64,000 nt of DNA from Bdellovibrionales bacterium (GCA_965205365.1 CBDBGT010000005.1:270121-334120), one strand, 5' to 3'; positions 1 through 13,309 are shown, counted from the first letter of the stretch. The notes: generated from the letters alone by a model not told the origin. Translations and numbers: made by a program.

Positions 1-74
1 TACACATAGGTTTATTGTTTAATAACGGTTTTAAAAAATATCTATATACATATATAAGAAATAAAAAAAATTTC

Positions 75-446
75 TTAACTATAAAGTCTATTATTAAAAA
101 AATCTTGAATTTGCTCATTAACATTTGAGTAAACAAGTTTTTCAGAGTATTTTTTAAGAACAATGATGTTTAAATAGACTTTAAATTTTGTTGAGCTTTG
201 TTTAAAAAAAGATACGCTTTCCTTTGCAGTATACAGTCTTAAAACTTCTTTTAATAAACGTCGAGTTCTGTTTCTTAAAAAGGCTTTTCCAACCCTCTTA
301 GTAATGGTAAACCCTACGTTTAGTGAATTCTCACACTCTATATTCTCTTTTATAAGATAAACAAAAAGAAAGTTTGATGTTTTAAAAGTTCTTCCGTTTT
401 TTCTTAAAGATTTAAAGTCCTTAGATTCTAACCTGTTCAAAAGCAC
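75..446 (-). CDS. rnpA: ribonuclease P protein component
   Basis: 123-aa basic ORF directly downstream of rpmH on the same strand. The motif ITKRVGKAFLRNRTRRLLKE resembles the conserved RnpA RNR motif. Canonical rpmH-rnpA position next to dnaA. Confidence 0.85.
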   Translation of the reverse strand: MLLNRLESKDFKSLRKNGRTFKTSNFLFVYLIKENIECENSLNVGFTITKRVGKAFLRNRTRRLLKEVLRLYTAKESVSFFKQSSTKFKVYLNIIVLKKYSEKLVYSNVNEQIQDFFNNRLYS

Positions 447-455
447 CTAGAAAAA

Positions 456-605
456 CTATTTGCCTCCTATAGTAATTACTAAACGTTTTCTGCCCTTAGA
501 CCTTCTACGCGACAAAACTTCCTGCCCATCTTTAGTAGCCATTCTTTTTCTAAATCCATGAGATCTTTTTCTTTTTATACGACTTGGTTGATACGTCCTT
601 TTCAC
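456..605 (-). CDS. rpmH: 50S ribosomal protein L34
   Basis: Hand translation of the minus strand gives (GTG)[48 protein letters not shown], a textbook L34 sequence. It is missing from the ORF track because it is under 60 aa and starts with GTG. Its stop lies 10 nt before the rnpA start. Confidence 0.93.
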   Translation of the reverse strand: MKRTYQPSRIKRKRSHGFRKRMATKDGQEVLSRRRSKGRKRLVITIGGK

Positions 606-794
606 AATTCCTCCCATCAGTTAAGATGAACTTGTGGGCATAGGAACATATTTCACCGCCACAGGTCAATATATATATAGGATCATTGGATTCCATATAA
701 ACCCTATATATACGAACGCACTGTCTCATTAATAAATTCCTGTTGCTAAGAAGGCCATGAATTATTAGAGTCCTCCAAATTCCAGTGTCTATTT

Positions 795-2297
795 ATGAGC
801 AAAATGTCTAAAGCACATACTAGACACAATATACACAATTATGAGGGGGATCTTATTTTGTCTAAAGCTTTATGGAATAGTGTTAAAGAAAACCTTCAAA
901 AACGTCACGCAGGTAATGAATGTGCAGAAACATGGTTTAAACCAACAAAACTCATTGATATTCAAAAATCACAAAAATCTGGAACCTGTTTTAACCTCAG
1001 TGTCCCAACAGAACTCCATAAATATTGGATATCAGAACATTTTTTAAAAGAAATTCATTCTTCAATTAAAGAACTTTTTCATTCACCTTTTTCCGTTGAA
1101 ATAAACGTAGATCAGATAAAAAATAACCCCTCCTCAATTAAAAAAGAAGATTTTCTCATAAAACCCATTGAAATTTTAAAACCAACCTCTTCCAAAAAAA
1201 TTATTCAAACCACTAAAACTTCTACGGATTTTAAAGCCCCTCAGCCAAAACAAAGCCCCCATCCTTCAGACTTATTAAATAAAGACTATACTTTTTCTAA
1301 TTTTGTTGTTGGTCGTAATAATGAGTTTGCCCATGCTGCTTGCCATAACATTGCTCAAAATCCTAAAAGTAGTGACTATAACCCCTTATTCATCTGTGGA
1401 CCCACAGGAATGGGAAAAACACACCTTATAAACGCCATTGCAAACCATATTTTAGAAAAAAACCCAGATAAAATAATTACTTATGTCTCTGCTGAAAAGT
1501 TTCTTAATGACTGTGTGTCTTGTTTAAGACGTGCAGAAATGTACAAATTTAGAAAGAAATATCGGGAACGTTCAGATGTTTTACTCATGGATGATATTCA
1601 AATTCTAGGGAAAGGTGAGGTTATTCAACAAGAATTCTTCCATACCCTAAATGAATACCTTGAATCAGGAAGACAGGTTGTTGTTGCTTCTGATCGAATG
1701 CCCAAAGACATTAAAGACTTTGAAGACCGCATTAGAACACGCTTAGAGTGGGGGTTAATCGCGGATATCCAAATGCCTGATATTGAAACACGTGTGGCTA
1801 TCCTTAACTATAAAGTTGAAAAAATGCCTATTTTTTTAACAACTGAGACCATAAACTATATAGCTAAAATTTCTCGTCGTTCCATTCGTGAGCTTGAGGG
1901 AAATCTTAAAAAAATTAAAATGGTTTCAGAGCTTCAAAACATCAAAATAGACTTAGATCTTTGTAAAAAAGTCCTTTCCCATCATGATGCTAAGTCTACG
2001 GTGACTGTAGATGATATTTTAAAATTAATTTCACAACACTATACTGTTAAAATTCCTGACTTAAAAACTAAAAGCCGGACAAAACAGATTCTTATACCCC
2101 GTCAAGTTGGAATGTATATGCTTAAAAAGCACCTTGATTTAAGTTTAGTTGAAATAGGAAAAATTTTTGGTGGCAAAGATCACACTACAGTACTTAGCGC
2201 TGTGCGTAAAATAAGAACTCAACAGCAAGATAATGGAGAAATACGTAAAAATATTGAAGACTTAAACAGAAAGATCCACAATTTAACAGGAGTGTGA
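795..2297 (+). CDS. dnaA: chromosomal replication initiator protein DnaA
   Basis: 500 aa. AAA+ Walker A GPTGMGKTHL, Walker B LLMDDIQ and a C-terminal DnaA-box-binding helix (DHTTVLSAVRKI). Followed by dnaN-recF-gyrB. Confidence 0.97.
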   Translation: MSKMSKAHTRHNIHNYEGDLILSKALWNSVKENLQKRHAGNECAETWFKPTKLIDIQKSQKSGTCFNLSVPTELHKYWISEHFLKEIHSSIKELFHSPFSVEINVDQIKNNPSSIKKEDFLIKPIEILKPTSSKKIIQTTKTSTDFKAPQPKQSPHPSDLLNKDYTFSNFVVGRNNEFAHAACHNIAQNPKSSDYNPLFICGPTGMGKTHLINAIANHILEKNPDKIITYVSAEKFLNDCVSCLRRAEMYKFRKKYRERSDVLLMDDIQILGKGEVIQQEFFHTLNEYLESGRQVVVASDRMPKDIKDFEDRIRTRLEWGLIADIQMPDIETRVAILNYKVEKMPIFLTTETINYIAKISRRSIRELEGNLKKIKMVSELQNIKIDLDLCKKVLSHHDAKSTVTVDDILKLISQHYTVKIPDLKTKSRTKQILIPRQVGMYMLKKHLDLSLVEIGKIFGGKDHTTVLSAVRKIRTQQQDNGEIRKNIEDLNRKIHNLTGV

Positions 2298-2518
2298 ATA
2301 TCAGTTGTGGAAAAAAACCTGAAATCCCTGAGGATTTTAATGTGGATTGTAAAATATGTGGAAAGTAGGGACTTTTTTAGTTTTTTATTCAACACTAAAA
2401 AAACTAAAAAAAAGAAGTGAGTTTAAGGAGATAAAAAAATAATCCACAATCCACAGCTACTACTACTACTACTACTATAATATATATAGTCATAGTGTTA
2501 AAAAAGAGAGGTCTAAAA
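2298..2518. promoter_or_regulatory. candidate oriC (DnaA-box cluster plus AT-rich inverted repeat) in the dnaA-dnaN spacer
   Basis: Five 9-mers lie within 1-2 mismatches of TTATCCACA. Reverse orientation: 2306-2314 (TTTTCCACA), 2341-2349 (CAATCCACA), 2357-2365 (CTTTCCACA). Forward orientation: 2440-2448 (TAATCCACA), 2447-2455 (CAATCCACA). They flank an AT-rich imperfect palindrome, CTTTTTTAGTTTTTT...AAAAAAACTAAAAAAAAG, at about 2371-2415. Confidence 0.55.
2457..2477. repeat. (CTA)7 trinucleotide microsatellite
   Basis: ctactactactactactacta read directly. It sits between the last DnaA-box-like site and the dnaN ribosome-binding site. Confidence 0.95.
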
Positions 2519-3643
2519 ATGAAAATAAATGTTTTAAGAACAGAAATATTTAATCTTGTTTCTAAAATTCAAAACATCGTTGAAATAAGAAATACAATGC
2601 CTGTTCTTACAAACGTTCTTCTTTCAGTAAGTAAGAATGTGTTAACTGTATATGCCACAGATTTAGAAGTGAGTATTAAATCTACTTGTAAAGTTAAATG
2701 CTTAGAGGATGGACAAGTTGTTGTTAGTGCAAAAAGTTTATTTGATATTTTAAAAGAATTTCCAGAAGGAGAAATATCTTTTAAAAAGCTTAAAAACAAT
2801 TCATTGGCCATAGAACAAAAAAAATTATATTTTAACATAAATGGAATAAATCCTGATGAGTTTCCTGTTTTCCCAAGCCTAGACACCAATAATTTTATAA
2901 GTTTTTCATCTAACACTATTAAAGAAATGATTGAAAAAACAATTTACTCAGTATCAACAGATGAATCTCGTTATCATTTAAACGGGGTTTTGTTTGAATC
3001 AAAAAAAGACTCTAAGACGTTAAATATGAGAATGGTGGCTACTGATGGCCATAGACTTAGTTTAATTGATAAAGACTTAGCTATTACACCATCAGAGCTG
3101 TTTAAAGAGGGAATTATAGTGCCTCGTAAAGGCCTTAATGAAATTAGAAAAATTGTTGATTTTTTAGATTCCAAAGAAATTATAGAGGTAGCAGTGGATG
3201 GTGTTCAATTAATAATAAAATCTTTAAATACGATTTTAATGATTAGGTTAATTGAAGGTAGGTATCCAAATTATAAGCAATTGCTTCCAAAAAATTTAAA
3301 TCTTCATGCCATAATTAACAAAGATAAGTTAATGTCTAGTTTAAAAAGAATTTCTTTGGTTTCTAATCAAAAATCAAAAGGTGTGACATTTTCTTTTTCT
3401 AATGGAACTGTTAAAATTTTCTCTAACTCTCCGGATCTTGGAGAAGCTAAAGAAGAAATTCAAGTAAATTATAATGAAGAAAATTTAAAAATAGGTTTTA
3501 ATGCTAAATATATTTTAGACGTGTTGACTTCAATTAAAGAAAATGAGGTACAAATGTCTTTTAAAGATCAAAACTCACCAGTATTGTTAAGGCCAAAAGG
3601 TGATGAAAAGTACCAATGTGTTGTAATGCCAATGAGAATTTAA
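2519..3643 (+). CDS. dnaN: DNA polymerase III beta sliding clamp
   Basis: The ORF track opens at GTG 2495. ATG 2519 (MKINVLRTEIF...) follows an AGAGAGG ribosome-binding site and gives a typical ~374-aa clamp. The C-terminal ...YQCVVMPMRI is characteristic of DnaN. Confidence 0.93.
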   Translation: MKINVLRTEIFNLVSKIQNIVEIRNTMPVLTNVLLSVSKNVLTVYATDLEVSIKSTCKVKCLEDGQVVVSAKSLFDILKEFPEGEISFKKLKNNSLAIEQKKLYFNINGINPDEFPVFPSLDTNNFISFSSNTIKEMIEKTIYSVSTDESRYHLNGVLFESKKDSKTLNMRMVATDGHRLSLIDKDLAITPSELFKEGIIVPRKGLNEIRKIVDFLDSKEIIEVAVDGVQLIIKSLNTILMIRLIEGRYPNYKQLLPKNLNLHAIINKDKLMSSLKRISLVSNQKSKGVTFSFSNGTVKIFSNSPDLGEAKEEIQVNYNEENLKIGFNAKYILDVLTSIKENEVQMSFKDQNSPVLLRPKGDEKYQCVVMPMRI

Positions 3644-3658
3644 ACTAACGGAAAAAAA

Positions 3659-7199
<3,541 letters not shown>

Positions 7200-7200
7200 T

Positions 7201-9669
7201 ATGGAAAATAATGAAGAAACTGGCAACAAGAATATAGAAAAAGATGTTGTACAAATTGATATTAATAATGAGATGCGAGAAGCTTATCTTCAATACTCAA
7301 TGAGTGTAATTGTTGGAAGAGCTCTTCCTGATGTTAGAGACGGTTTAAAACCAGTTCATAGAAGAATACTTTATGCTATGAATGATCTAAACAACACCCA
7401 TGATAAACCATATAAAAAATCAGCTAGAATAGTGGGTGATGTTATTGGTAAATATCATCCACATGGTGATACTGCTGTTTATGATTCTATGGTGAGAATG
7501 GCTCAAGAGTTCTCTTTAAGAGAACCTTTAGTTGATGGCCAAGGAAATTTTGGCTCTATTGATGGTGATAGTCCTGCAGCACAAAGATATACAGAAGTTC
7601 GAATGACAAAGCTTGCAGAAAGTCTTTTAGAAGACATAAGCAAGGATACAGTAGACTTTGGACCAAACTATGATGATTCATTAAAAATTCCTTTAATCCT
7701 TCCTGCAAAATTTCCAAATCTTTTAATTAATGGAAGCTCTGGTATTGCAGTAGGCATGGCTACAAATATACCGCCTCATAATTTAACAGAGGTTATTAAC
7801 GGATGTTTATATTTAATCAAAAACCCAGATGCTTTAATAAACGATTTAATTCAACATATCCCAGGACCAGATTTTCCAACAGGTGCTGTGATCACAGGTC
7901 GTGGAGGAATTGTTAGTGCATACAAAGAGGGTAAAGGCAGTATAAAAATTAAATCTGTTACTCAAATTATTGAAGATGTTAAGAAAGGTAGATCTGAAAT
8001 AATAATTACAAAACTTCCTTATCAAGTAAATAAAGCAAAACTCATTGAAAACATTGCTCAACTTGTTCGTGATAAAAAAATTGAGGGAATTGCTGATATT
8101 AAAGATGAATCCAGTAGAGAAGGAATTCGAATTGTTATAAAAACAAAACGAGATACTAATGGGCAGGTTTTATTAAATCAGCTTTTCAAAATGACTCAGC
8201 TACAAGTAAATTTTGGAATTAATCTTTTAGCCTTAGACAGTAAAAATAAACCACACTTATTTAACATAAAAGAAATACTAGCATCGTTTATTGAACATAG
8301 AAAAAATGTTGTTATTAGACGTTGTCTCTTTGATTTAAAAAAAGCAGAAGATAGAGAACATATCTTATTTGGTTTGAGTAAAGCCTTAGATCATATTGAT
8401 GAGGTCATTAAGATTATTAGAGGGTCTCAAGAGGCTAGTAGCGCTTTAGTAGGATTGATGGGTAAATTTTCATTTTCTAAAAGACAGGCCCAAGCAATTT
8501 TAGATATGAAACTTCAAAGACTTACTGGATTAGAAAAAGATAAAATTAATAAAGAACTTGCTCAGGTTAAAGAGACAATTAAACGGTTAAAAGAAATTTT
8601 ATCTGATATTCAAGAGGTTTTAAACATTATATCTGAAGAGCTTACTTTTGTTAAAGGAAAGTATGGCAACAAAAGAAGAACTGAAATTGAGGATATTGAA
8701 AATAATTTTGAATTTGAAGACCTTGTGTCAAATGAAGAGGTTTTAGTAATTCTTACGGCTTCAGATAAAATTAAAAGAATAGGCATTGATGAATATAGAG
8801 TACAAAAACGTGGAGGAAAAGGTGTTAAAGGGGCTGGAGCGGTAGAAGAAGATTTTATTACAGACATTGTTCACACAGGAACACTTTCAACACTTTTAGT
8901 CTTTTCCAATAGAGGAAAAGTTTACTGGTCAAGAGTGCATAGTCTCCCAAAAGGATCAAGAACCAGTAAAGGTAAATCTATTAAAAATATTGTTCAGCTT
9001 TCAGATGAAGAACAAGTGACTACAATTATGGCTATTACAGATTTTGCAAATCAAAAAGGTGAGGTTTTATTTGTTACTAAAAATGGAATTATTAAAAGAA
9101 CAAATTTAAAGAATTTTTCAAAACCAAGAGTAAGCGGCTTACTTGCTGCAAACACAGATAAAGGAGACTCCTTAGTCAATGTTCGTCTCACCACAGGTGA
9201 GGATGATGTTTTCTTAATTACTCAAAATGGAATGTCAATTAGGTTTGATGAAAAGCAAATTAGATCCATGGGACGAACAGCTCGTGGTGTAAAAGGAATT
9301 AATCTTTCTAAAGATGACAAGGTTGTTGGTGCTGCAACTGTATCTACTAAAAATAAAGATTTAAACATGCTCATCATTACCGAAAACGGTTTTGGTAAAA
9401 GAACCTCGTTGCAAGACTATAGAGTGCAATCTAGAGGAGGAGTTGGTCTTATTACTCAGAAAATAACAGATAAGGTTGGTAGAGTTGTTAAAGCTGCCAT
9501 GGTTGAAAATACAGACCAAGTTATTATAACGACTAATAAAGGTCAGGCCATTAGAGTGAAAGCTTCAGATATTTCAATTTACGGGCGCTCAACCCAGGGT
9601 TTAAAAATTATTAACTTAAACCGAGGAGAATTTGTAACAGGAATGACCATATTGCCTGAAGAGGAGTAA
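7201..9669 (+). CDS. gyrA: DNA gyrase subunit A
   Basis: 822 aa. A QRDR-like segment ([20 protein letters not shown]), the active-site region [10 protein letters not shown] and GyrA-box/beta-pinwheel repeats in the C-terminus. Confidence 0.98.
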   Translation: MENNEETGNKNIEKDVVQIDINNEMREAYLQYSMSVIVGRALPDVRDGLKPVHRRILYAMNDLNNTHDKPYKKSARIVGDVIGKYHPHGDTAVYDSMVRMAQEFSLREPLVDGQGNFGSIDGDSPAAQRYTEVRMTKLAESLLEDISKDTVDFGPNYDDSLKIPLILPAKFPNLLINGSSGIAVGMATNIPPHNLTEVINGCLYLIKNPDALINDLIQHIPGPDFPTGAVITGRGGIVSAYKEGKGSIKIKSVTQIIEDVKKGRSEIIITKLPYQVNKAKLIENIAQLVRDKKIEGIADIKDESSREGIRIVIKTKRDTNGQVLLNQLFKMTQLQVNFGINLLALDSKNKPHLFNIKEILASFIEHRKNVVIRRCLFDLKKAEDREHILFGLSKALDHIDEVIKIIRGSQEASSALVGLMGKFSFSKRQAQAILDMKLQRLTGLEKDKINKELAQVKETIKRLKEILSDIQEVLNIISEELTFVKGKYGNKRRTEIEDIENNFEFEDLVSNEEVLVILTASDKIKRIGIDEYRVQKRGGKGVKGAGAVEEDFITDIVHTGTLSTLLVFSNRGKVYWSRVHSLPKGSRTSKGKSIKNIVQLSDEEQVTTIMAITDFANQKGEVLFVTKNGIIKRTNLKNFSKPRVSGLLAANTDKGDSLVNVRLTTGEDDVFLITQNGMSIRFDEKQIRSMGRTARGVKGINLSKDDKVVGAATVSTKNKDLNMLIITENGFGKRTSLQDYRVQSRGGVGLITQKITDKVGRVVKAAMVENTDQVIITTNKGQAIRVKASDISIYGRSTQGLKIINLNRGEFVTGMTILPEEE

Positions 9670-9678
9670 ACACGTACT

Positions 9679-10479
9679 TTGAAAATAATAATTTTTCTTT
9701 TTTTGTTTATTTTAATTGGTTGTTCAGATAAAAGTGGTCGCATTATTAAATCTGCAGAAAATTTATCTAAAACAAATTCAAAAAAAGCCCTTCAAATTTT
9801 AGACAATGCGCTCATGAATGAGGTTTCTTTTAAAAAAAAATTAAAATATATTTCAGCAATTGAAAAACTTATAAAGAATAAAGTTAAAAAAACTTCTTAT
9901 TATAAAGCTATTTTACAAAAAAAACTTGTTTATGTTGAAACCCAACAGGAAAGGAATCAAGTCCTTTTAATGTTGTCTCAACTTTTAATTCAAAATTATA
10001 AAAATAATGTTGAAGCTTTAAATTACTTAGAAAAAATTAATATAGATTTGTTAAATGAGAATGAAAGAGAGCAGTACCTTAAATCAGTATTAATAGCTAA
10101 TATTAATAGCGAAAATTATGAACAAGCATTAATTGAAGTTAAAAGCTTTTTAAGTAGAAAGGATTTATCTCCATCAGAAAGATTTAGAATTAAAATTTTA
10201 AAAGCTAGAACAAATACAAATTTTAAAAAAATTGAACTTGCTGAAAAGGAATATAAGCAACTTTTAAATAAATATCCAAATTTATCAAAAAAATGGAGAA
10301 TTAGAATGCAATTGGCATTGATCCTAGAAGAGCAGAAAAAATATAAAGAAGCCATTAAAGAACTCAGACTTCATGCCAAAGAAGAAAATCATAAAGATCC
10401 GCTTTTAAAGTGGAGAATTGAAGAATTGACAAAAAGACTTGCACAACAGCCTGGTGGAAAAGGTAGATTAAAAAGATAA
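9679..10479 (+). CDS. hypothetical lipoprotein with TPR-like helical repeats
   Basis: TTG start. Signal peptide with lipobox LIGC. Lys/Leu-rich helical repeats. No catalytic motifs. Confidence 0.45.
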   Translation: MKIIIFLFLFILIGCSDKSGRIIKSAENLSKTNSKKALQILDNALMNEVSFKKKLKYISAIEKLIKNKVKKTSYYKAILQKKLVYVETQQERNQVLLMLSQLLIQNYKNNVEALNYLEKINIDLLNENEREQYLKSVLIANINSENYEQALIEVKSFLSRKDLSPSERFRIKILKARTNTNFKKIELAEKEYKQLLNKYPNLSKKWRIRMQLALILEEQKKYKEAIKELRLHAKEENHKDPLLKWRIEELTKRLAQQPGGKGRLKR

Positions 10480-10773
10480 ATGTATAATTTTATTGCAGGA
10501 ATACTCATTTTTTTACTCCTTTTTATAGCAAAAAGAGGGTTAATTTTTGCTCTTTTTTCTCTTAAAAAAAAACAGGTTGCCTTCCTAGTTACCATTATTA
10601 TAGTAAGTGAGTTGTTGATGATTTTTATGCTGTATATTTTTATAGATAAATATAAATTAGACAGCGTAAAACTGTTTATAGGGTTTTTAATGGGCTTAAT
10701 GGCAATGATTGTATATTATTGTTGTAAGGCTTTAAGTAAAGGTAGTGAAAAAATAAAAAATGGCAAACTTTAA
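10480..10773 (+). CDS. small integral membrane protein, possibly ATP synthase protein I (AtpI-like)
   Basis: 97 aa with about three hydrophobic helices. It lies immediately upstream of atpB and overlaps it, which is the usual atpI position. No sequence motif confirms the call. Confidence 0.35.
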   Translation: MYNFIAGILIFLLLFIAKRGLIFALFSLKKKQVAFLVTIIIVSELLMIFMLYIFIDKYKLDSVKLFIGFLMGLMAMIVYYCCKALSKGSEKIKNGKL

Positions 10774-11449
10774 TTGGACAGAGTTGTTACCAGGAGTAAC
10801 ACATGATAATTCCCATGTGGCAACGGCTGTGGTTGCCACAGGGACAATAATAATTTTTAGTCTTATTGGACGTCTTGCTTTAGGAAGGGGAGAAGGAGCT
10901 ATTGTTCCTGTAGGGAAAGTCTCTGTTCGTGGAGTGTTTGAACAACTTATTGAATTTATTAGAAATTTAGGCGCATCGGTGATGGGTGAGCAGGGATATA
11001 AAATGACGCCCTTATTTGCTTCACTCTTTTTCTTTTTGTTTTTTAATAACCTTGTGGGTTTAGCACCAGGAATGACTCCGGCAACTGAAAATATCAACAC
11101 AGGTGTTGCAATCGGAATTTTTAGTTTTCTAGTTTATAATATTTTTGGGTTCATGGAGCATGGTGTTTCTTACTTAAAGCATTTTTTAGGCCCTGTGCTC
11201 TGGCTTGCACCATTGATGCTGCCCATTGAAATTATATCCCATGTAGTGCGTCCTATAAGCTTAGGCTTAAGACTTCAAGGTAATATGCTTGGTGATCATA
11301 TGGTTTTAGGTATTTTTACACAATTGCTTCCTGCTCCAGGTGCAGTGATATTTTATCTACTAGGTTTTTTTGTGTGTTTTATGCAAGCGTTTGTATTTAC
11401 AATGCTTTCAATGATTTATGTATCTATGTCTGTTGCTCATGATCATTAA
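10760..11449 (+). CDS. atpB: F0F1 ATP synthase subunit a
   Basis: 229 aa polytopic protein. The conserved essential-Arg region is LGLRLQGNMLGDHM (consensus LRLFGNM.AG). Followed by the c subunit. Confidence 0.88.
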   Translation: MANFNWTELLPGVTHDNSHVATAVVATGTIIIFSLIGRLALGRGEGAIVPVGKVSVRGVFEQLIEFIRNLGASVMGEQGYKMTPLFASLFFFLFFNNLVGLAPGMTPATENINTGVAIGIFSFLVYNIFGFMEHGVSYLKHFLGPVLWLAPLMLPIEIISHVVRPISLGLRLQGNMLGDHMVLGIFTQLLPAPGAVIFYLLGFFVCFMQAFVFTMLSMIYVSMSVAHDH

Positions 11450-11484
11450 AATTTAATAAAGTATAAGTAGAAAGGAGAATAAAA

Positions 11485-11796
11485 ATGAGAGGAATGTTAA
11501 AAACTTTAGGGGTGGCTTTTTTAGTCCTATTGCCAAGTGTATGTGCTTTTGCAGAAAGTGTAGAAGGAGGAAGTAGTGGATCTGGACTTGCAGCTCTTGC
11601 TGCTGGATTAGGATTAGGATTAGCAGTAATTGGTGGAGCGTTAGCACAAGGTAAAATCTGTGCTTCGGCAATGGAAGGAATTGCAAGAAACCCAAATGCT
11701 CAAGAGAAAATGTTTGTATCAATGATTATTGGTTTAGTGCTTATTGAATCATTGGTTATTTACATGCTTGTGGTGTCTTTTAAAATTTTAGGCTAA
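11485..11796 (+). CDS. atpE: F0F1 ATP synthase subunit c
   Basis: 103 aa. After a signal-like N-terminus comes a two-helix hairpin with a Gly-rich helix (GLGLGLAVIGGALAQG), the ARNP loop and the carboxylate helix (LVLIESLVIY). Confidence 0.88.
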   Translation: MRGMLKTLGVAFLVLLPSVCAFAESVEGGSSGSGLAALAAGLGLGLAVIGGALAQGKICASAMEGIARNPNAQEKMFVSMIIGLVLIESLVIYMLVVSFKILG

Positions 11797-13309
11797 TTTT
11801 TGTTTTTAAAATTCTTAAAAGCGGTAATAAGAAAAATAAAAGATTTAAAAAAGAGAGTTCGCTTTTTGAAGAAGAGTCTTTAACATAAGATTGTTTTGAA
11901 AAAGAGTTTGAACATCCTCCGTTATTTTTTAAAGAGTCTGCAAAATTTGTTGAATATGCATAGTTTTTTACTTCCTCAAGCTTAGGTATGATATTAGGTA
12001 AATTTTGATTTTCATCTAAATAATCAAGGGCATTTAAGAAATTAGGTTTGATATATAAACGAGAATCGTTTGTTTGAAGGTATGGCTGGAGATTAAACTT
12101 ATCTCCAGATTCTTTTAGAACATGAACGGCCTGAAATGCTGTTAAGGATTTGCTCTGAGACATTAGACTACCTATAAGACTAGCTATAAGTGGTGCTGAC
12201 ATACTTGTGCCTTTAAGTTCAAGGTAGCTAGATCCAAGACCAAGGCTTAATAAAGACTCTGAAGAACGCTCAGGGCCATCTCCTCCGGGAGAAATAAAAT
12301 CAATGGAAGAACCATAGTTTGAGAAAGTAGAAAGTTGATTTGATGAATTTATTGAGGCCACAGTAACAACATTTTTAATTGCTGCAGGGACAACCCATGA
12401 AGCAGGGATACGCTCATTTCCAGCAGACGCTACAATGACAACACTGTTTTTTGTGGCATAGTTTACTGCAGCAATTTCTGCTGCTTGAGGAAGTTTTTCT
12501 GATCCCCAGCTAGCATTGATAATGTTAGCTCCATTATCAACAGCGTAGTAGATAGTTTGAAGAAGGTCAGCAATACTTGAAGGAGCATTGGATTTAAAAC
12601 CTTTTAAAGACATGATTTTTATAGAATTTAGGGAAACGCTGGAAACACCCTTATTGTTAAAAGACCTTGCTGCAATAAGTCCAGCAACATGTGTTCCATG
12701 GTCGTAATCAATAAAGGAGTCTTGAACTGTGGGCTTAGGGTTTGAATCATTGTCACCAAAATCATAACCATAAACATCATCAATATATCCATTATTGTCG
12801 TCATCAATATTTAAAGAACCATTTAATTCAGCAGAGTTTGTCCAAAGGTTTCCTTGAAGGTCAGTGTGGTCAATATCCACTCCAGTATCAGAAACGGCAA
12901 CAACAATATTTCTTAAAGGAATTAAAGTAGATGAAGGGTCTTGATTTAGACTATTAAAATACCAAGTTTGAAAGTTTAAAAAAGGATCTGAAGTTGCTCT
13001 TAAAAAATCAACTTTACAGTTATGTTGAATTTCTCCGTTGGGAAAGAGTTTTTTAACTTCAGAAAGAGAATTAGAATTTATTAGATATGTGTTTTTTTCA
13101 TTGTTAGTTTTTAAAAGAGCTAACGATTTTTTAGAACTTGAAATTTTTTTAAAGGAAAGGTTAGGCAAACCTGTTTTTCCAAGAAAATTTTTAGAAATAT
13201 TTTTAGGTGTCACAACAAGAAATTGGTTTTTAACTATGTTTTTTTTTAAACAAGAAGCATAAGTAGTTGAGAACATAAAAAAGGATAGAATAAAGATGAA
13301 ATAAGTCAT
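11780..13309 (-). CDS. secreted subtilisin-like (S8) serine protease
   Basis: Asp, His and Ser triad motifs: VAVSDTGVDIDHTDL, HGTHVAGLIAA, GTSMSAPLIASL. N-terminal signal peptide. C-terminal GGCS...LSFLNLLFFLLPLLRILKTK hydrophobic/basic tail. Overlaps the atpE 3' end convergently by 17 nt. Confidence 0.88.
   Translation of the reverse strand: MTYFIFILSFFMFSTTYASCLKKNIVKNQFLVVTPKNISKNFLGKTGLPNLSFKKISSSKKSLALLKTNNEKNTYLINSNSLSEVKKLFPNGEIQHNCKVDFLRATSDPFLNFQTWYFNSLNQDPSSTLIPLRNIVVAVSDTGVDIDHTDLQGNLWTNSAELNGSLNIDDDNNGYIDDVYGYDFGDNDSNPKPTVQDSFIDYDHGTHVAGLIAARSFNNKGVSSVSLNSIKIMSLKGFKSNAPSSIADLLQTIYYAVDNGANIINASWGSEKLPQAAEIAAVNYATKNSVVIVASAGNERIPASWVVPAAIKNVVTVASINSSNQLSTFSNYGSSIDFISPGGDGPERSSESLLSLGLGSSYLELKGTSMSAPLIASLIGSLMSQSKSLTAFQAVHVLKESGDKFNLQPYLQTNDSRLYIKPNFLNALDYLDENQNLPNIIPKLEEVKNYAYSTNFADSLKNNGGCSNSFSKQSYVKDSSSKSELSFLNLLFFLLPLLRILKTKISLKF

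Noticed and set aside
606-794. The rpmH-dnaA spacer as the replication origin
   Set aside because: It has (TA)n-rich stretches but only weak DnaA-box-like sites (TGCCCACAA, CCGCCACAG). The dnaA-dnaN spacer has a much better box cluster plus an AT-rich palindrome. I keep this spacer only as the dnaA promoter region.
841-1047. 68-aa ORF nested inside dnaA in another frame
   Set aside because: It lies entirely within a well-supported gene, has low-complexity composition, and has no ribosome-binding site or motif. It is a frame artefact of AT-rich DNA.
2569-3174. Antisense ORFs 2569..2916 and 2974..3174 opposite dnaN
   Set aside because: Shadow ORFs on the opposite strand of a conserved gene, with no independent support.
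10732-11722. ORFs 10732..11100 (-) and 11453..11722 (-) opposite atpB and atpE
   Set aside because: They are antisense to ATP synthase genes with clear motifs and have no features of their own.
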